From Planctomycetota bacterium (GTDB lineage: Bacteria; Planctomycetota; MHYJ01; WSZJ01), in NCBI GenBank assembly GCA_038060895.1, contig JBBTCT010000001.1, positions 473,917-537,916 on the forward strand: a DNA stretch of 64,000 bases. Direction: 5' to 3'. Made by a program: the position numbers and the translations under genes. Shown here in pieces: positions 57,090 to 64,000 of this stretch. Under the pieces are notes generated by a model. The model saw nothing but the letters and a program-made list of their open reading frames with translations. It was not told the origin of the DNA and made no database searches. The first letter of the stretch is position 1; the number at the start of each line of letters is the position of its first letter.

Positions 57090-57742
57090 CGCTCCGGGAA
57101 ATGCCTGACCGCGTGCGCCACGAGCTGCGTCGCGTTCTCGAGCCCGAGCTTCTCCTTGATGTTGGCGCGGTGCGTCTCGATCGTCTTCACGCTCAGGCAG
57201 AGCCGCCGCGCAATCGAGCGCGTCCCGATCCCCCGCCCGATCAGCTCGAACACTTCCATCTCCCGGTTCGTCAGGCGGCCGACCGGCGACACCGAGCCGC
57301 CCGCAGTCCGGCCGGCGACGGAGGCAATCAAGGTCTCGTTCATCCGCGGGCTCACGTGGATCCGCCCGGCGAGGACCTCGCGCGCGGCCGACCGAAGAGT
57401 GTCCGCCGCCTCCTGTTTCATCACGTAGCCCATCGCGCCAAGGTGCAGCACCCGCTCCGCATAGAGCTGCTCGTCGTGGATCGACAACACGAGGACCGGA
57501 ATCCCCGGGTGCCGGGTGCGCAGGTCCTTGAGCAGGCTCAACCCGCTTCCCGCCCCGAGCGAGAGGTCCAGGATGACGAGGTCGGGAGCCGCAGCGGGAA
57601 TCCTCTCCAGCGCCTGCGCCGCCGTCGCTGCTTCGCCGCAGACCGCCATGTCTGGCTCGGCCGACAGAAGCGACGTCAGGCCGGCCCGCACGACTTCGTG
57701 GTCGTCCACCAGGAACACTTTCGCCCGGGCCCTGGTTTTCAT
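57086..57742 (-). CDS. NarL/LuxR-family response regulator
   Basis: LVDDHEVVR, ILDLSL, GYVMK and LTNREMEV...LSVKTIETHRANIKEKL motifs. Confidence 0.95.
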   Translation of the reverse strand: MKTRARAKVFLVDDHEVVRAGLTSLLSAEPDMAVCGEAATAAQALERIPAAAPDLVILDLSLGAGSGLSLLKDLRTRHPGIPVLVLSIHDEQLYAERVLHLGAMGYVMKQEAADTLRSAAREVLAGRIHVSPRMNETLIASVAGRTAGGSVSPVGRLTNREMEVFELIGRGIGTRSIARRLCLSVKTIETHRANIKEKLGLENATQLVAHAVRHFPER

Positions 57743-59175
57743 GCCTGGCTCCCGGGAAAGTTTTCCTGCAGGACACAGACGACCTGGGTTCCCCCGTTCG
57801 CACGCGGCATGAAGACGATTTCCGCGCCGATGAGGCCCGCGCGGTAGCGCATGTTGCGGATCCCCGCGCCGCCCTGTTTGGGACCGTCCTCCGGGAGCCC
57901 GCGGCCGTCGTCTACGATCTCCATGACCAGGGTCCCCCCACAGTCCAGGAGCCCGACCGCAATTTCACCGGCCTCGGCATGCCGCACGGCATTCGTCACC
58001 GCTTCCTGCGCGATCCGGAAGAGGTGCCAGGCGGCGTCGCGGCCCTGGACGATTACGTTTTCGGAATTCTCGAAGCGGACGACCAGGCCTGAATCGCGGG
58101 CAACGCTGTCGGCGAGGTCGCGAAGAGCGCTGACGAGGCCCTGGGGTTCGACGTCGACCGGCACGAGGCCCCTCGCGAGGATGCGAGTCTTGTCGAGGGC
58201 GCGGCGGGCCCCTTCGGCGAGGTGAGATGCGTCGCGCGCGTCCGCGCCGCCGCGGGCAGAGAGCCGCTCCGCGAGCGCCCGCGCGAGGCACGTCAGGCCA
58301 GTCAGCTCCTGGCCCAGGTCGTCGTGCAGCTCACGGGCGATGCCCTTGTGCCACTCGTGGAGCTTCTCCGAATATTCCTTCTGCAACCGCCGCCGCTCAA
58401 GCACCTCCCCGATGGTGCGCCCGATGTCCGCCATCGTCTCGTCGAACGCGTCCGGCGGATCGACGATCGCGTCGGAGAAGAACTCGAAGATCGCCACGAC
58501 TTCGCCATCCACATCCGCCGGGTAGGCCGCCGCCGTGCAGATGTTCGCTTCCTCGGCCTGCTTCTCGCGTCCCGGAAGCGCCTCGAGAATGTCGCTGGCC
58601 CATCCCAGGACGTTCCGACCGCGGGCCGAGTGGAGCATCCCCTTGTCTTCGTGGAGATTGATGCGGAAGGAAGCGGCGCGGAAACGGGCGCGGGCGGGCG
58701 TGAGTTTCGAATACCACACGACGGCGGGGCCGGCGGGGCCGCCTTGCCCGCGATCCACGATCCAGGCATGCGCCCAGCGAAAGCCGGCGTACTTGCCGAT
58801 CAGCGGAAGCACCGCGTGGAGCGCTTCGGCCGCAGACTGGGCCTCGTTGGCGGCGTTGCTGACCGCGCGCAGCAGGCTGAGCCGGTCGGTGGTCAGGATC
58901 GCCCGGGTGCGAAGTGCGTCAGACCGGGCGCGCCAGACGGTTTCGCGGCGCATGAATTCGTCGCGAGTTTCGCGGAGTTCCCTGGATTCCGTTGGATGGG
59001 CTGCTGCGCCGGGCGTCTCCGCCGTCCCGGGTGCCGCCGGAATGGGCCACGGAGTCTTGCCGTCCGCTAGCCGGGAGGCGTCGGTCGATTCCGTTTCGCG
59101 CCTTCTGTCCATCGGCTCTCCGGTTCGCGGTGCCATGCGGCGTCGTCCTTCTCGAGAGCGGGCGGCGGGACTCAT
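57739..59175 (-). CDS. GAF + HisKA_3 sensor histidine kinase
   Basis: IARELHDDLGQEL, RIAQEAVTNAVRH, DDGRG and GAGIRNMRYRA motifs; GAF; start uncertain (59175/59136/59112). Confidence 0.9.
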   Translation of the reverse strand: MSPAARSREGRRRMAPRTGEPMDRRRETESTDASRLADGKTPWPIPAAPGTAETPGAAAHPTESRELRETRDEFMRRETVWRARSDALRTRAILTTDRLSLLRAVSNAANEAQSAAEALHAVLPLIGKYAGFRWAHAWIVDRGQGGPAGPAVVWYSKLTPARARFRAASFRINLHEDKGMLHSARGRNVLGWASDILEALPGREKQAEEANICTAAAYPADVDGEVVAIFEFFSDAIVDPPDAFDETMADIGRTIGEVLERRRLQKEYSEKLHEWHKGIARELHDDLGQELTGLTCLARALAERLSARGGADARDASHLAEGARRALDKTRILARGLVPVDVEPQGLVSALRDLADSVARDSGLVVRFENSENVIVQGRDAAWHLFRIAQEAVTNAVRHAEAGEIAVGLLDCGGTLVMEIVDDGRGLPEDGPKQGGAGIRNMRYRAGLIGAEIVFMPRANGGTQVVCVLQENFPGSQA

Positions 59176-59516
59176 TTTATTTTAACACGCCTTCATCCGG
59201 GATTGTGTCGCAACGAGTGGCCGGCCATGCGGCGGGTGGAGCAAAGCGCCACCACCGCCGCAGGCCCCCACTTCCCGGAGCGGCTCCGAAGAGCTGTCCG
59301 GGAACTACCCTGATCACTTCGGCCATCGCCGACGGCGTCACCTGAGTCGCGAGATCAGCAGACGCCATCCGTCGCGAGCCTCGGATGGAAAGACATGCGG
59401 CAGAGAGGGACGCCCCATTGGCGAACCTGCTCTGCCGCACGGAACCCGGCTGTTTGGGGATGTGGCTTTCGCCTTGAGAACACTACGGCATGGGCCCCCC
59501 CCGAACCATCGGGCAC

Positions 59517-59569
59517 CGGCAGGAAACTTGCATCGGGAATTACTGCACGCGGGCTAGGGGAATCCCCTA
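59517..59569 (+). promoter_or_regulatory. Putative sigma54 promoter plus palindromic regulator box
   Basis: CGGCAGGAAACTTGCA (GG-N10-GC) at 59517-59532; TAGGGGA-A-TCCCCTA palindrome at 59555-59569. Confidence 0.5.
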
Positions 59570-59717
59570 AGCCGGGCCGAGATAGTCCCTTCTCGTGCCG
59601 CCCCTCCTGTCGGCCCGGCTTACCCTGAGCGAGCCCGTAGGGCGAGTCGAAAGGTCCGGACGAACGAGCGCCTGCACGGTGATACAGGACTTACCCAGGT
59701 TCGCCTGGCCATCGCCC

Positions 59718-60152
59718 TCACTGGCAAGAACAGTTGACCTTCAGCCAGTAGCGCGCCAGCAGGCCCACCGTCGACACGAACTCCTCGAACTCGAGCGGCT
59801 TCACGACGTAGCTGTTCACTCCCAGCGCATAACAGACCTCGCGATCCTTCGGCTCGCTCGACGACGTCAGGATGATCACAGGCACCCGCTTCAGCTCCGG
59901 GTCGCTCTTTATCCTCTTCAGCACCTCGATGCCGTCCACAAGAGGCAGCTTGATGTCGAGAAGCACCGCCTTCAGCGAGCCTGCTGAGCCGGAGCCGCCT
60001 TGCGGAAAGAGGAACGTGAGCGCCTCCGCCCCGTCCTTGACCCGATGCAGCCCGCGGGAGAGCTGGTTTTTTTCGAGCGCCCAGACCGTCATCTCCGCGT
60101 CGCAAGAGTTGTCCTCGACGAGGAGGATTTCCTCAGGCTGGCTTGCCGGCAT
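59718..60152 (-). CDS. Single-domain response regulator (Rcp1-like)
   Basis: LLVEDN, LLDIKLP, ILTSS and YALGVNSYVVKP motifs. Confidence 0.93.
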   Translation of the reverse strand: MPASQPEEILLVEDNSCDAEMTVWALEKNQLSRGLHRVKDGAEALTFLFPQGGSGSAGSLKAVLLDIKLPLVDGIEVLKRIKSDPELKRVPVIILTSSSEPKDREVCYALGVNSYVVKPLEFEEFVSTVGLLARYWLKVNCSCQ

Positions 60153-61790
60153 GACCCTGACCCTCCGTTGGAAGCGAGAAATGGAACGCGGCGCCTGTTC
60201 CCATCCTGCCCTCCGCCCAGACGCGGCCGCCGTGGCGCAGGATCACGCGCTGTACCAGCGCGAGCCCGACACCGGTCCCTTCGAACTCTTCGCTGGAATG
60301 AAGCCTCTGGAAAACCCCGAACAGTTTGCTTGCGAACGCCTCCTCAAATCCGACGCCGTTGTCGCGAATCGTCCAGACCGTCTCCCCCTTCTCCTGCCGG
60401 GAGCTGAATTCAATGACCGCGGTCTCGCGCGGCCGCGTGTACTTCACGGCGTTTCCGAGGAGGTTCGTCAGCACCTGCCGAAGAAGGGCCTTATCGCCCC
60501 ACGCGGGCGCCAGGTCCCCGATCCTGAAGTCGATTTTTCGCCCCGCGTTTGCCGACCGCAGCTCGTCGCTGACGGCGCGCGCCAGGGTCGTCATGTCCAC
60601 GCGGGACCGGTTCAGCTCGGCCCGGCCCATCCGCGAAAACGCGAGAAGGTCATCGATCAGCTGGGCCATCCGGCGCGTGTTGGTCAGCACGACCTCAGTC
60701 AGCCGCCTTCCCTCCGCATCCAGGCCCGCGGCGTGCCGGTCGACGAGGCGCCGCGTGAAGCCTTCGATGGCGCGAAGCGGCGCCCGCAGGTCGTGCGAGA
60801 CGGAATAGCTGAAGCTCTCCAGCTCCTTGTTCGCGGACTCGAGCTGCGCCGTCCGTTCGCTCACGCGGCGCTCCAGTTCCACGTTGAGCCGAAGCGCTTC
60901 GACCGCGGCCCTTTTCGCCTCGCTCACGTCCCGGGCCACAGCGTAAATCAGCCGTTCGCTCGGGTAAGGCGTCCCCGTCCATGCGAGCCACACGTAGTCG
61001 CCCCCCGCCCGCTGGAACCGGTTCTCGAAGGAAATCGCGCCCGGCTCCTTCTTGAGCCGCGCCAGGGCTTCCCCCGTCGAGGGGCGGTCGTCGGGGTGGA
61101 CGAACTCGAGGAACGGCCGGCCAGTCACGCGAGCGGGAGTCCATCCCAGCGTCTCTTCCCACGGAGGATTTCCCTCGCGAATATTGCCGTCGAACCCCGC
61201 GATACAGATCAGGTCCGGGGAGAGAGCGAAGATCCGGTTCCTCTGCTCCGTCACCTGCGCCAGCAGTTGGCGGTGCTGCCGGTCCTCCATGCGGCGCAGC
61301 TGCTCCGCCTGGATCCTGACTTCCCTCATCGTCCGCGCGAGCTCCACGAAGACCGAGACCTTCGAGCGGATCGCCTCCGCCGAGATCGGCTTCATGATGA
61401 AGTCGGCCGCACCCACCGCGTACGCGTGCTGCAGGCTCCCGGGCGACGATTCCTCGGCGGTCAGGAAAATGATCGGCGTCGCACGCGACCGCTCCCTCTT
61501 CCGGATCATCTCCGCCGTCTCGAACCCGTTCATCCCCGGCAGATGCACGTCGAGCAGGATCGCGGAAAAATCGCGGTCCAGAAGGCACCGAAGCGCCTCC
61601 TCGCCCGACGAAGCCTTCACGAGCTGGACGTCCAGGTCTCCCAAGATCGCCTCCAGCACCATGAGGTCCTCCGCCCGGTCGTCAACCAGCAGGACGCTGA
61701 TCCTCGAGTCGCGCGGAATCCTGGACGCAGCCGGGCTCGAGGCCTGAGCCTTCGTCCTGCCTTTGACCGGGTCGATACTCTTTCGCGCCA

Positions 61791-61791
<1 letters not shown>
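60133..61791 (-). CDS. REC-PAS-histidine kinase
   Basis: N-terminal receiver, PAS (VHPDD), FSYSVSHDLRAPL, NLLGNAVKY and FEGTGVGL motifs. Confidence 0.93.

Positions 61792-64000
<2,209 letters not shown>

Noticed and set aside
59623-59656. Hammerhead ribozyme (CTGA..GA-stem-GAAA)
   Set aside because: The core spacing is wrong (CTGAGCGA, plus extra bases before GAAA) and stems I and III are not evident.

Overview
GC-rich bacterial chromosome window, probably Planctomycetota/PVC. The assignment is inferred from an H-X9-DG prepilin-type gene, Zn-ribbon membrane proteins, a Ser/Thr kinase-TPR protein and a divergent RNase HII. There are four blocks. (1) 0.2-27.6 kb, core genes: livKHMGF transporter with large permease insertions, msrB, GT4, RNase HII-like, dipeptidase, cyclase-STAND-TPR, spermidine synthase-HEAT fusion, rsmI, bioD, topA, two PDZ paralogs and a hybrid kinase. 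Several short-period palindromic elements sit in the intergenic spacers. (2) 27.8-40.8 kb, a 13-kb integrative element in the 3' half of a tRNA-Ile2(CAT), with exact 45-bp attL/attR and a 19-bp arm-type repeat at both ends. It carries a tyrosine integrase, RHH and HTH/Xis regulators, a DnaB-N/AAA_25 helicase next to a candidate origin, no capsid or conjugation genes, and a dense candidate anti-phage cargo (EVE-HNH coupled to envelope Zn-ribbon genes, a HEPN protein, DUF262-HNH, and a HEPN paired with a degenerate MNT-like partner). This is the best candidate for an undescribed system. (3) 40.9-48.4 kb: pseudopilin-like genes, a B12 radical SAM gene, a TrmH pseudogene and a kinase. (4) 48.5-64 kb, a trehalose/stress-signalling island: reversed OtsB-OtsA fusion, TreS, candidate sigma54 promoters, an atypical NtrC, a NarL pair and multi-receiver kinases. 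No CRISPR array or rRNA was seen. All protein calls come from recognising motifs by eye; no database searches were run.
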